A DNA stretch of 34,119 bases, taken from NCBI GenBank assembly GCA_964509415.1, contig CAZDXD010000001.1, forward strand, positions 1-34,119, in the 5' to 3' direction. The DNA comes from an uncultured Treponemataceae bacterium. GTDB lineage: Bacteria; Spirochaetota; Spirochaetia; Treponematales; Treponemataceae. The notes beneath the pieces were generated by a model. That model saw only the letters and a list, made by a program, of their open reading frames with translations. It was not told the origin of the DNA and did no database searches. Positions 14,965 to 23,475 of this stretch are shown here, piece by piece. Numbering within the stretch: the stretch's first letter is position 1; each line of letters begins with the position of its first letter. Made by a program: the position numbers and the translations under genes.

Positions 14965-17083
14965 AGAAGCGCCCCTGTCTCAGGGCATTTTCCCTGAATG
15001 GAAATCTTTTCTTGGGGCATCTAGCGACCCTGAGGCGGCATCTTTTATTAAAAGCGTTGTAAAGCGCTCAGGGGAGGTTACCCCATACAATAGAGAAAAA
15101 ATCGAAAGCGCCATCAACAAGGCCATTGCAGCTGCCGAAGGGCAAGGCGACGATGAAAAGGCTAAGGCTCTCACTGATAGGGTAGAAGAGGAACTTCGCC
15201 TTCTTATGGCGGGAAGGCACGAGCACTCAATCCCTGCAATAGAAGAAATTCAAGACATTGTCGAAAACGTCCTTATCAGGGCGCAAGAAGTAAAAGCCGC
15301 AAAAGCCTACATTCTCTACCGCGCAAGGCACGAGGCTTTCCGCGATGCGAAGCGCCTCATGCTCGACATTGACGAAACCATGAACGGGTATTTAAGCCAG
15401 TCCGACTGGCGCGTCAAGGAAAACGCTAACGTAAACTTTTCGCTTGGCGGGCTTATCCTGCACAACTCTGGTACAATCACGGCGAACTACTGGCTTAAAA
15501 ACATTTATCCAAAAGAGATTGCAGAGGCGCACAGGACAGCGGCGTTTCACATTCACGACCTTTCCATGTTTTCAGGCTACTGCGCGGGCTGGTCTCTTCG
15601 CCAGCTTATTGCGGAAGGCTTGGGCGGAGTCCCCGACAAAATCACTTCAATGCCCGCAAAGCACCTGTCCACGCTAATTCAGCAAATTGTAAACTTTTTA
15701 GGAATAATGCAAAACGAATGGGCGGGCGCTCAAGCCTTCAGCTCTTTCGACACATATCTTGCGCCCTTTGTGCGGGAAGACAACTTGTCAGAAAAGGAAG
15801 TCAAGCAGTGCCTTCAGAGCTTTATCTACGGCGTGAACACGCCGAGCAGATGGGGCTCGCAGGCGCCGTTTACAAATATCACGCTGGACTGGGTTTGCCC
15901 GAAAGACCTCGCGGATAAGCCCGCAATCATTGGCGGCAAAGAGGCAGGCTACACTTACGGCGACTGCCAAAAGGAGATGGATTTAATCAACCGCCTTTTT
16001 ATAGAGCTTATGATTGAAGGAGATGCCGCGGGGAGAGGCTTTCAATATCCTATTCCCACTTACAACATCACGCGGGACTTTGACTGGGAGGGCGGCAACG
16101 CGCGGCTTCTTTTTGAAATGACCGCGCGGTACGGAACGCCGTATTTCCAGAACTTTATCAATTCGGACCTCAACCCGAATGACGTGCGCTCGATGTGCTG
16201 CCGCCTGCAGCTAGACAAGAGGGAGCTGCGCAAGAGGGGCGGCGGGCTTTTTGGCTCCGACGAGTTTACAGGCTCCATTGGCGTTGTGACGATTAACCTG
16301 CCGCAAATAGCCTATCTTTCCAAAACAGAGGACGAGTTTTTTGGCCGTCTTGACCTCCTCATGGTTCTCGCAAAAGACAGCCTAGAGATAAAGCGCAAGG
16401 TGATAAACAGGCTGCTCGAAGGCGGGCTCTTCCCCTACACGAGGCGCTACCTTTCGCACCTCAACAACCATTTTTCTACAATAGGAATCTGCGGGATGAA
16501 CGAGGCTTGCCTCAACTTTTTAGGCTGCGACATAACGCACAGCGACGGCAAGGCGTTTGCGGAAAGGGTGCTTGTCCACATGAGGGAAAGATTGGCCGAC
16601 TTTCAGGAAGAAACGGGCAGCCTCTTCAACTTGGAGGCAACCCCTGCGGAGAGTACAAGCTACAGGCTTGCCCGCCACGACAAGGAGCGCTTCCCCGGCA
16701 TAATCGCGTCGGGGGAAGATGAGCCTTTTTACACAAACTCTAGCCAGCTTCCTGTGCATTTTACAGACGACGTGTTTGAGGCTTTGGACTTGCAAGACTC
16801 TCTTCAAACAAAGTATACAGGCGGGACGGTCTTTCACGTGTTTTTGGGCGAGGCAATAACGGACTGGCAGGCCTGCCGTAACCTTGTCAAGACAATAGCC
16901 TTTAACTATAGGCTGCCTTATTTTTCCATCTCGCCCACCTTTTCGGTGTGCCCAATTCACGGCTACCTTGCGGGCGAGCACTTTGAGTGCCCCAAGTGCA
17001 AGGAAGAAAAGGAGGCTGCCCTAAAAAAGAGGCTTGCCGAGCTGGAAGAAGAAAAAGCGGCGGCGGCAAAGGCTGTCATATAA
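14957..17083 (+). CDS. nrdD: Anaerobic (class III) ribonucleoside-triphosphate reductase NrdD, lacking the C-terminal glycyl-radical segment
   Basis: N-terminal ATP-cone (VVKRSGEVTPYNREKI), FHIHDLS, the SMCCRLQLD finger loop, NLEATPAES, TGGTVFHVFLGE, and the C-terminal ribbon SVCPIHGYLAGEHFECPKC. The ORF ends at TAA 17081..17083 without an RxxGY motif. GGAGGA lies 8 nt before the ATG. Confidence 0.9.
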   Translation: MAEEAPLSQGIFPEWKSFLGASSDPEAASFIKSVVKRSGEVTPYNREKIESAINKAIAAAEGQGDDEKAKALTDRVEEELRLLMAGRHEHSIPAIEEIQDIVENVLIRAQEVKAAKAYILYRARHEAFRDAKRLMLDIDETMNGYLSQSDWRVKENANVNFSLGGLILHNSGTITANYWLKNIYPKEIAEAHRTAAFHIHDLSMFSGYCAGWSLRQLIAEGLGGVPDKITSMPAKHLSTLIQQIVNFLGIMQNEWAGAQAFSSFDTYLAPFVREDNLSEKEVKQCLQSFIYGVNTPSRWGSQAPFTNITLDWVCPKDLADKPAIIGGKEAGYTYGDCQKEMDLINRLFIELMIEGDAAGRGFQYPIPTYNITRDFDWEGGNARLLFEMTARYGTPYFQNFINSDLNPNDVRSMCCRLQLDKRELRKRGGGLFGSDEFTGSIGVVTINLPQIAYLSKTEDEFFGRLDLLMVLAKDSLEIKRKVINRLLEGGLFPYTRRYLSHLNNHFSTIGICGMNEACLNFLGCDITHSDGKAFAERVLVHMRERLADFQEETGSLFNLEATPAESTSYRLARHDKERFPGIIASGEDEPFYTNSSQLPVHFTDDVFEALDLQDSLQTKYTGGTVFHVFLGEAITDWQACRNLVKTIAFNYRLPYFSISPTFSVCPIHGYLAGEHFECPKCKEEKEAALKKRLAELEEEKAAAAKAVI

Positions 17084-17104
17084 ACAAACTTTAAGGAGGA
17101 GATT

Positions 17105-17659
17105 ATGGCAAGAACTGTAGCAGAGATTGAAGCTGACATTGCAAAAACAAAAGAAGAATTGGCGAATGTTCGCGGCACGGAGGCGGAAGTTTATGCCCGC
17201 ATTGTAGGCTACTACCGCTCTGTGCGCAACTGGAACAAGGGCAAGCGGGAAGAATACAAAGAGAGAAAGCTTTTTGTTCCTTCAGAGAAAGAAACTGAAG
17301 CCCATCTGGACGGAATATCAGCAAGCCCTGCAAATCAAAGTCCTTGCGGGAACGTTACGGCACCGGGCGCTTTTTCCGCGCGGGAAAAGCAAACTGTGCG
17401 CTATGAGCTTTTTACCCGCAGGACCTGCCCGAACTGCCCACCTGTTAAAGAGTACTGCGAAGCGCACTTTGAAGGCGGGAAAATCTTTGACGTTGACGGC
17501 GACGAAGGGCTAAAGCAGGCTCAAGAGCGCGGCGTTCTTTCAACGCCAACTGTTATCTTCTACGCGGATGACGGCGCGGAGATTGCAAGAGCGCATTCTG
17601 TAAGCGAACTGAAGACGGCTGAGGAGGCGCTTCTTTCTATAGCGAAAGCCTCCGCGTAA
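17105..17659 (+). CDS. NrdD-type glycyl-radical domain fused to a thioredoxin/glutaredoxin-fold CxxC domain
   Basis: Residues 28-55 read EVYARIVGYYRSVRNWNKGKREEYKERK, the class III RNR glycyl-radical signature (Gly codon 17207..17209). The C-terminal part, about 85 aa, reads VRYELFTRRTCPNCPPV...STPTVIFY...SVSELK, a Trx-fold pattern with CPNC at 17426..17437. AAGGAGG (17093..17099) lies 5 nt before the ATG. Confidence 0.75.
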   Translation: MARTVAEIEADIAKTKEELANVRGTEAEVYARIVGYYRSVRNWNKGKREEYKERKLFVPSEKETEAHLDGISASPANQSPCGNVTAPGAFSAREKQTVRYELFTRRTCPNCPPVKEYCEAHFEGGKIFDVDGDEGLKQAQERGVLSTPTVIFYADDGAEIARAHSVSELKTAEEALLSIAKASA

Positions 17660-17664
17660 AGGCA

Positions 17665-18420
17665 ATGATTCGCGCAGGTTTGCAGAAAACTTCGCTTGTC
17701 AATTACCCCGGCAAAGTTGCCGCTGCTGTTTTTTTGCCGGGATGCAACCTGCGCTGTCCGTATTGCTACAACAGTGAGCTTGCTCTTGCCGATCCCTTAA
17801 CGGGGCCTGACATGCCAGCGCCTGAAAGGGATAGCGGGGAGGCTTACTTTACAGAAGAGGAGATTTTCCGGCATCTTGAAAAACGGGCGGCTATGCTTGG
17901 AGGAGTTGCAATATCCGGCGGCGAGCCGCTCCTCTCCCCCTTTCTTGAGCCGCTTGTCTTAAAGGCAAAATCTTTGGGTCTTGCCGTTAAAATCGACACA
18001 AACGGCACTCTCCACGAAAGGCTAATGCGCCTAATTGAAGATGAGCGCCTTCGCCCTGACATGATAGCCCTTGATATAAAAACCGCGCCAAGGAAATATC
18101 ATCTGCTTTTTCCAGCGGATAAAGGCAAGGCCTTGGGGGAAGCTATTGTCAAGTCAATCGCCTTGCTTTCAAAAGCATCAGCCAAAAAGCTCGTCTCTGT
18201 AGAATACAGGACAGTGCTCGTGCCCGGTCTTGTCGACAAAGCCGATGCGCTTGAAATTGCTGCCTTGCTCCCTCGTGATGCTGACTGGCAGTTTGCGGCT
18301 TTTTCTCCCGGAAGATGCCTTAACCCCGCATGGAATGAAAAAGCGCCGTACACGCAAGAAGAAATGGCGGAAATAATTGAGGCTGCAAAAGAGAAGGTGC
18401 CGGGGGCGGAGCTTAGGTAA
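17665..18420 (+). CDS. nrdG: Anaerobic ribonucleotide reductase activating protein (radical SAM)
   Basis: YPGKVAAAVFLPGCNLRCPYCYN (CxxxCxxC cluster), a GGEPLL SAM-binding motif, and position directly after nrdD. Confidence 0.9.
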   Translation: MIRAGLQKTSLVNYPGKVAAAVFLPGCNLRCPYCYNSELALADPLTGPDMPAPERDSGEAYFTEEEIFRHLEKRAAMLGGVAISGGEPLLSPFLEPLVLKAKSLGLAVKIDTNGTLHERLMRLIEDERLRPDMIALDIKTAPRKYHLLFPADKGKALGEAIVKSIALLSKASAKKLVSVEYRTVLVPGLVDKADALEIAALLPRDADWQFAAFSPGRCLNPAWNEKAPYTQEEMAEIIEAAKEKVPGAELR

Positions 18421-18471
18421 TTTAGCTCTCAGTTTGAGACTTCTGAATGGTTAGCCGCAATTAAAATATTT

Positions 18472-18480
18472 TGCTATAAT
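18472..18480 (+). promoter_or_regulatory. Extended -10 element TGcTATAAT upstream of the membrane-protein gene
   Basis: tgctataat read directly, 20 nt before ATG 18501. A weak AGGAAA SD lies in between. Confidence 0.35.
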
Positions 18481-18500
18481 TAAAAACTAGGAAACCTCCC

Positions 18501-19340
18501 ATGACAGAAATAATCGCGCGCCGCCAGTTTGACCCCATGTATATCTGGCTTGATATAGCCTTTCTTGTTCTCTTTGTTGCGCTTCTCATCTGGAAAAAGA
18601 AATACATGACCGTAATCGTCGGTCTGGTTTTCGGCGCTGTTTATATGGCAGTCGATTACGGCATATTTCACCTTCTTACCCATTCGCGCACGATATTCAA
18701 CGGATACAGCATGTTCGGCGTGCTTCTTTGGATGTCGGTAAGCTACGGATTTACAAACTTTGCCTGGATATGGCTTTGGATATCAAAAGACAAAAACCTC
18801 TTTGAGTGGTCTCTTTTAATACTTTGCTGGTGGCTTTGCTGCCCGCTGCTCGCAGAAACCTTCTCTTACGGCGCGCCGCCCGTTATCATTCAAAGGACAA
18901 CGGGCGCATATCACGGATTTATGGCGTTAATCCTCTTTGCGGGCTACCTAATGCTAATCATCTGGAATATGTCGAGGAAAGATAGCCGCGCCCGCGTCAA
19001 CATCCCGCGCCTTCTTGCCTGCGGCGTGCTTGTGCAGTTCGGCTGGGAAGCCGCGCTCCTTTTAGGCGGCATTCGCAGCTCCGGCTTTGAAACATTTTGG
19101 GACAAGTTGCTCACGCTTGCGGTAAACTCGCTCCTTGAAACCAATTTAGGACTTCCTTATATTTATTTTATCTTTATCGCGTTTTCATCGCGATTCACGG
19201 AGCAGCTTAAAAAAAGAAGAAAGCCTGTTAAGTTTGTCGCGCGGCTTATCGAAAACAATGCCCGCCGTGTGCGCGATGATATGGCAGACGATCCGTATCT
19301 CGAAGGCAACTGCGATAAAGCCGAGAGTACGGAAAATTAA
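18501..19340 (+). CDS. Polytopic integral membrane protein, family unknown
   Basis: About 7-8 hydrophobic Trp/Leu-rich helices (e.g. LDIAFLVLFVALLIW, FGVLLWMSVSYGFTNFAWIWLWI, LLILCWWLCCPLL) and a charged C-terminal tail. No family motif recognised. Confidence 0.6.
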   Translation: MTEIIARRQFDPMYIWLDIAFLVLFVALLIWKKKYMTVIVGLVFGAVYMAVDYGIFHLLTHSRTIFNGYSMFGVLLWMSVSYGFTNFAWIWLWISKDKNLFEWSLLILCWWLCCPLLAETFSYGAPPVIIQRTTGAYHGFMALILFAGYLMLIIWNMSRKDSRARVNIPRLLACGVLVQFGWEAALLLGGIRSSGFETFWDKLLTLAVNSLLETNLGLPYIYFIFIAFSSRFTEQLKKRRKPVKFVARLIENNARRVRDDMADDPYLEGNCDKAESTEN

Positions 19341-19347
19341 AGCGAAT

Positions 19348-20190
19348 ATGGAGCTTGTTAAAAGAATAAAGGCCTCCATATTCCGCCAGCATTATTTTTC
19401 AGTAAGGAAAATAAACGAGCTGCGCGACATTGTGCGCTCGCAGCCGCTAGTCATTGAACTTCACCGCGCGGAATGCGAGGCGCGCAAGGCTGAAAGCCGC
19501 GGCGCTGCGCGGCGGACAGTTGTTTATACTGTCGCCATTTCAGACTGGGATATGCCAACGCTTCACTCTTATATTTCGCCTGACTGTGACTACGTCTGCT
19601 TTACCGACAGCGCGGCTCTTCTTTCCATTGGGCATTACGGCGTGTGGAATATAAAGCCGCTCGCGCGCATGGAAGCTACAGGCGCGCTTGCAAACAGGTG
19701 GCATAAGCTGCACCCGCACATTCTTTTTCCGCAGTACGAAAGGAGCATATACATCGACTCAAACATAGACATCAAAACGGGCTTTCTCTTTGAGCAAATT
19801 GAAAAGCGCCAAGACAGCAGTCTGCTTATTCCCGTCCACCATGACTGCAACTGCATTTATAAAGAAATCAAGCGCTGCCTAAAGGAAAAAGTTGAAACGA
19901 GAGAAAACGCGGAAAAAATAAAAAAGCTGCTAAAAGGCGCGGGGTTTCCAAAGAACTACGGGCTTGCGGAAAACAGCATTGTTTATAGGGCGCACAATGA
20001 CAAGGAGATAATCAGCCTGATGGAAGAATGGTGGGGCATTCTTTCTTCGCTTTCGCACAGGGACCAGCTTTCTCTTTCCTTTTTGCTGTGGAAGCGGGGA
20101 ATCGCTGTTTCTGAAATCACGCTGCCAAACGCAAGATACGATGAGCGCAATTTCCACTTCTACAGGGATCTGTTAAGGCAGACACTATAG
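19348..20190 (+). CDS. DUF616-like putative glycosyltransferase
   Basis: VVYTVAISDWD, YVCFTD, WHKLHPHILFPQYERSIYIDSNIDI and HRDQLSLSFLLWKRG resemble the DUF616 (TOD1/MUCI70-type) pattern as I remember it. The start was moved to ATG 19348, just after the upstream stop at 19340. Confidence 0.6.
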   Translation: MELVKRIKASIFRQHYFSVRKINELRDIVRSQPLVIELHRAECEARKAESRGAARRTVVYTVAISDWDMPTLHSYISPDCDYVCFTDSAALLSIGHYGVWNIKPLARMEATGALANRWHKLHPHILFPQYERSIYIDSNIDIKTGFLFEQIEKRQDSSLLIPVHHDCNCIYKEIKRCLKEKVETRENAEKIKKLLKGAGFPKNYGLAENSIVYRAHNDKEIISLMEEWWGILSSLSHRDQLSLSFLLWKRGIAVSEITLPNARYDERNFHFYRDLLRQTL

Positions 20191-20193
20191 CGA

Positions 20194-21201
20194 ATGCAAC
20201 GCGCAAATCAAGAAATGTCCTCAAACCTCATGACATCCGCAAAACCTACAGTAACGATTATGATTCCAACGTTCAACCACGAAAACTTTATACGCGATGC
20301 TATCCTTTCGGCGCTGGCGCAGGATTATCCTTTTATCGAAGTAATAGCCTCTGACGACTGCTCAACGGACAGGACAGCGGAAATTCTTCTTGAAATGCAA
20401 AAGGCGGATGCCCGCCTTAAAGTCTTTGCAAACGAAAGCAACTTAGGCCGCGTTGCCAATTACAGAAAGCTTCTATATGAACGCGCTTCTGGCGAATGGG
20501 TTATAAACCTTGACGGCGATGATTTTTTTACGGACGGTACATTTATCAGCCGCTATGTTGAGGCTCTGCAATTATGCCCCGATGCGGTTATCGTTTTCGG
20601 AGATATGCTGATGGGGGACGGCGACAAAAAAAGAAAAAACCCTGAAAACGCGCCAGCGCGCATTCTTGACGGAACGCGGTATATTTTTTCTTGGCCGCGC
20701 GCCAATCCGAAAATACAGCACGCCTCTTGCATGTACAAAAGGAGCGCAGTGCTAAAGCTCGACTTTTACTCTAAGGACATCGCAAGCTCTGACTACGAGT
20801 CTCTTTTTAGGCTTGCGCTCGGGAATAAAATCGTTTATTGCCCAGGAGAAATGGCGGTTTGGAGAAGCCATGAAAACAGCGTTTCAAAGAACATGAGCGT
20901 AGAAGATAAAATAAAAAACCTTAGTCTCTTTGAATCGATAAAAGCCTTCGCGCTTTCAATTCTTCCAGCAGGCTCTGCGGGAAAACTTGAACGATGGAAA
21001 GCGCGGAACATCAGGAGAAAAATCTATGGGGATGTGCTCGGCTTTGCGCTCAAAAAAGACAAGGGCGGTTTCAGACAGTACACGGGAATGCTCAAAAAAA
21101 CGCCGTACAGCCGCTGCCTTAGCCGCGTGTGCCTTTCGCCGGTTACGCATATAAAAATTGCGAGGAAAAGGCTAATTCAGAGCTTAAAACCTAGAGCTTG
21201 A
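20194..21201 (+). CDS. Family 2 glycosyltransferase
   Basis: VTIMIPTFNHENFIRDAILSALAQDY...IEVIASDDCSTDRT and LDGDDFF (DxD). Confidence 0.85.
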   Translation: MQRANQEMSSNLMTSAKPTVTIMIPTFNHENFIRDAILSALAQDYPFIEVIASDDCSTDRTAEILLEMQKADARLKVFANESNLGRVANYRKLLYERASGEWVINLDGDDFFTDGTFISRYVEALQLCPDAVIVFGDMLMGDGDKKRKNPENAPARILDGTRYIFSWPRANPKIQHASCMYKRSAVLKLDFYSKDIASSDYESLFRLALGNKIVYCPGEMAVWRSHENSVSKNMSVEDKIKNLSLFESIKAFALSILPAGSAGKLERWKARNIRRKIYGDVLGFALKKDKGGFRQYTGMLKKTPYSRCLSRVCLSPVTHIKIARKRLIQSLKPRA

Positions 21202-21261
21202 GAGCTAGGGCAAGAATAGAGACAATTTGAGAGTTTTTCCGCCTAGCGCTAAAAAAGGCGT

Positions 21262-22746
21262 TTAGCTCTGACCCCCCGCATACTCGCAATCGTAAATCAA
21301 CACGGTAAAGACAGTGCCCTCCCCCTTTTTGGAGTCAACGGTAATGTCCCAGCCGTAGGTATCGGCGATATGCTTTACAATGGCAAGCCCAAAGCCATGC
21401 CCTTCCCCCCTGCGGGAGTTTGCCTCTTTATAGAATGCGTCAAAAATGAAGGGGAGGCTTTGTTCAGAGATGCCAATGCCGTTATCGGCAACAATAATTT
21501 TCATAACGCCGTTTTTGCCTTTCTTTTCCTGCTCACGCCGCCTTTCCTTTCTTTCTGGCTCATAAGGTTCCCAGCTTGCGGCAAAAGTTATAGCGCCACC
21601 TTCTTGCGTATAGCGAAAAGCATTGCCCAAGATATTTTCAAGAAAGCGCGTAAGAATTTCTTCATCAACCAGCATAAAAAGATTGGCGGGCAGGCTAATT
21701 TCGGTATTCACGCTCTTTCCCAGAAGGTTTCCGTCCGCAGAGATTCTTTCGGCAAAGGTTGAAAGCCAGGAATTAAGCATGCATTTAGAAAGGCTTCCCT
21801 TCCATTCGCTATTTTCAATGCGCACGCTGTCAATAAGGGAATCAAGCATAATCGCAAGCTGGCTTGTCTTATCCGCAATAATGCTAAGCGCGTTTTCAAG
21901 AAACTCAGGGTCGCTCGACATATCGTCCTTGATTGCCTCCGTGTATCCTTTAATCAGCGCGATGGGAGTTCTAAGGTCATGGCTCAAGCCAATAATAAAA
22001 TTGGAATTACGGATTTTGTCTTTTTTAAGGCCGAGCCGCATTCTGTCAAGGCAGTCAGCAAGAGTCATAATTTCGTTTGTGGCTTTCAACTTTATTTCCT
22101 TGTCTAGGTTTCCGGCTTCAAGCGTTTCAGCAGCGTCTTTCAGCTTTTCTATAGAAGTTGTTATAAGCCTTATTATGAAAACCGAAAGAATAATTGCAAA
22201 AAGAAGAATGGCTTCAGAAGCAACGATAAACCACAAAAAGAAATTCCCGACAGGGGGCGGCCCTTTTTCCGCATCGCGCTTGGGTATTCGGGTTATAAAA
22301 AAGAGAAAGTCATCGTTTTCAAGCGGGTTGCCACCTTCTTCCATAAGGCCATTCTGAACAAGGAAGCTAAGATTCGTATCTATGCTGTAAAAATAGCTGT
22401 CTGACCCTGAAAATATAAAATCCCTAAAAGCATCCTGTGCAACAACCGCGTTTTCATGCAGTTCCTCCATTTCAGAATAAAGTATACGGCCTTTGCCAGA
22501 AACAGCGACGCAATCAACATCGTATGGCAGGTCGTTAAGGTAATCCCTTATATACCTTTCTGCCTGCTCTGATTGAGTGCCGCTGCTATCAGCGGAAAAA
22601 AGCGCGCCTCCGCCGCGTGCGCTGCCAATCGGTATGATTCTTGAAACCGAGCGGTAATAAACCATCGATGTCATTATTGCAATAGAAAGAATGGGGATTA
22701 AAAATATTCCTATAAGCAGTATAAAAAAAAGTTTTTTAATTTTCAT
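21262..22746 (-). CDS. Sensor histidine kinase (2 TM, extracytoplasmic domain, HAMP, HisKA, HATPase_c)
   Basis: H-box GLSHDLRTPIALIKGY, N-box LENILGNAFRYT, G1 VADNGIGI, G2 GHGFGLAIVK, and a HAMP-like segment after the second TM helix. Confidence 0.9.
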   Translation of the reverse strand: MKIKKLFFILLIGIFLIPILSIAIMTSMVYYRSVSRIIPIGSARGGGALFSADSSGTQSEQAERYIRDYLNDLPYDVDCVAVSGKGRILYSEMEELHENAVVAQDAFRDFIFSGSDSYFYSIDTNLSFLVQNGLMEEGGNPLENDDFLFFITRIPKRDAEKGPPPVGNFFLWFIVASEAILLFAIILSVFIIRLITTSIEKLKDAAETLEAGNLDKEIKLKATNEIMTLADCLDRMRLGLKKDKIRNSNFIIGLSHDLRTPIALIKGYTEAIKDDMSSDPEFLENALSIIADKTSQLAIMLDSLIDSVRIENSEWKGSLSKCMLNSWLSTFAERISADGNLLGKSVNTEISLPANLFMLVDEEILTRFLENILGNAFRYTQEGGAITFAASWEPYEPERKERRREQEKKGKNGVMKIIVADNGIGISEQSLPFIFDAFYKEANSRRGEGHGFGLAIVKHIADTYGWDITVDSKKGEGTVFTVLIYDCEYAGGQS

Positions 22747-22766
22747 AAAAAGAGTTTGTGTGCAGG

Positions 22767-23459
22767 CTAGCCTGCGGGATTGGCATTAAAGCGATAACCC
22801 ATTCCGAACACCGTTTCTATGTATTTGGGGTTTGAAGGATCGTCTTCTATTTTTTTGCGCAGCCGCTGTATATACACGGCTACGATTGTAAGGTCTCCAA
22901 AAGAGTTTTTCCATACATTTTTATAAATGGTTTCAGGGTTGAAAGGCACCCCTGTATGGCGGGCAAGAAAATCAAGCACCTCGTATTCCTTGACAGAAAG
23001 ATAAACCCTCTCCGCGCCTTTTTTAAGAATGCAGGTTGTCTCGTAGAGCGTAAATGCCCCGAATTGAAGCGTCTTTTCGCTTTCCACCGAAGAGTTCTGG
23101 TCACGGCGCAACATAGCGCTTGCCCTTGCCGCAAAGACCCTAGGCGAAAAGGGCTTTGTTACAAACTCATCGGCGCCGCTTCCAAGCCCTGCGATTATGT
23201 CCTCATCCGAATCCCGCGCCGACATTATCATGACCGGCGTTGAGTTTTCTTTCCTGAAGAGGCTTAAAAACTCAAAACCGTCCATTCCGGGCAAGTTAAG
23301 GTCAAGAACAACAAGATCAAATTTTCTTGTCTTGATTATTTTAAGGGCTTCTTCCGCAGTCTCGCAGAGGCAGGTGTCCATGCCCTCGCGCACAAGATAC
23401 ATGGACACAAGTTCTGCAAGCTCGCGGACATCCTCTACAATAAGAACATCCGCCTTCAC
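22767..23459 (-). CDS. OmpR/PhoB-family response regulator
   Basis: Receiver domain (LIVEDV, FDLVVLDLNLPGMDG, SARDS, KPF) plus a winged-helix output domain (LSVKEYEVLDFLARH, YIQRLRKKIE, IETVFGMGYRF). GTG start. Confidence 0.9.
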   Translation of the reverse strand: MKADVLIVEDVRELAELVSMYLVREGMDTCLCETAEEALKIIKTRKFDLVVLDLNLPGMDGFEFLSLFRKENSTPVMIMSARDSDEDIIAGLGSGADEFVTKPFSPRVFAARASAMLRRDQNSSVESEKTLQFGAFTLYETTCILKKGAERVYLSVKEYEVLDFLARHTGVPFNPETIYKNVWKNSFGDLTIVAVYIQRLRKKIEDDPSNPKYIETVFGMGYRFNANPAG

Positions 23460-23475
23460 CGCACACTTCTTCCTG

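Noticed and set aside
16520-16981. 153-aa minus-strand ORF inside nrdD, and many 60-130-aa ORFs inside the RND gene (24020..26458)
   Set aside because: All are embedded antisense or off-frame in genes with unambiguous family motifs. They have no SD or motif support.
17081-17104. Programmed stop-codon readthrough or a simple pseudogenising nonsense mutation in nrdD
   Set aside because: Neither can be excluded. However, a consensus AAGGAGG at ideal spacing before ATG 17105 and intact downstream motifs fit independent initiation better than decay. It is kept as an alternative under the main finding.
21623-22357. 244-aa + strand ORF opposite the histidine kinase gene
   Set aside because: A Ser/Leu/Ile-rich low-complexity antisense translation. 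The minus-strand frame contains the H, N, G1 and G2 kinase boxes.
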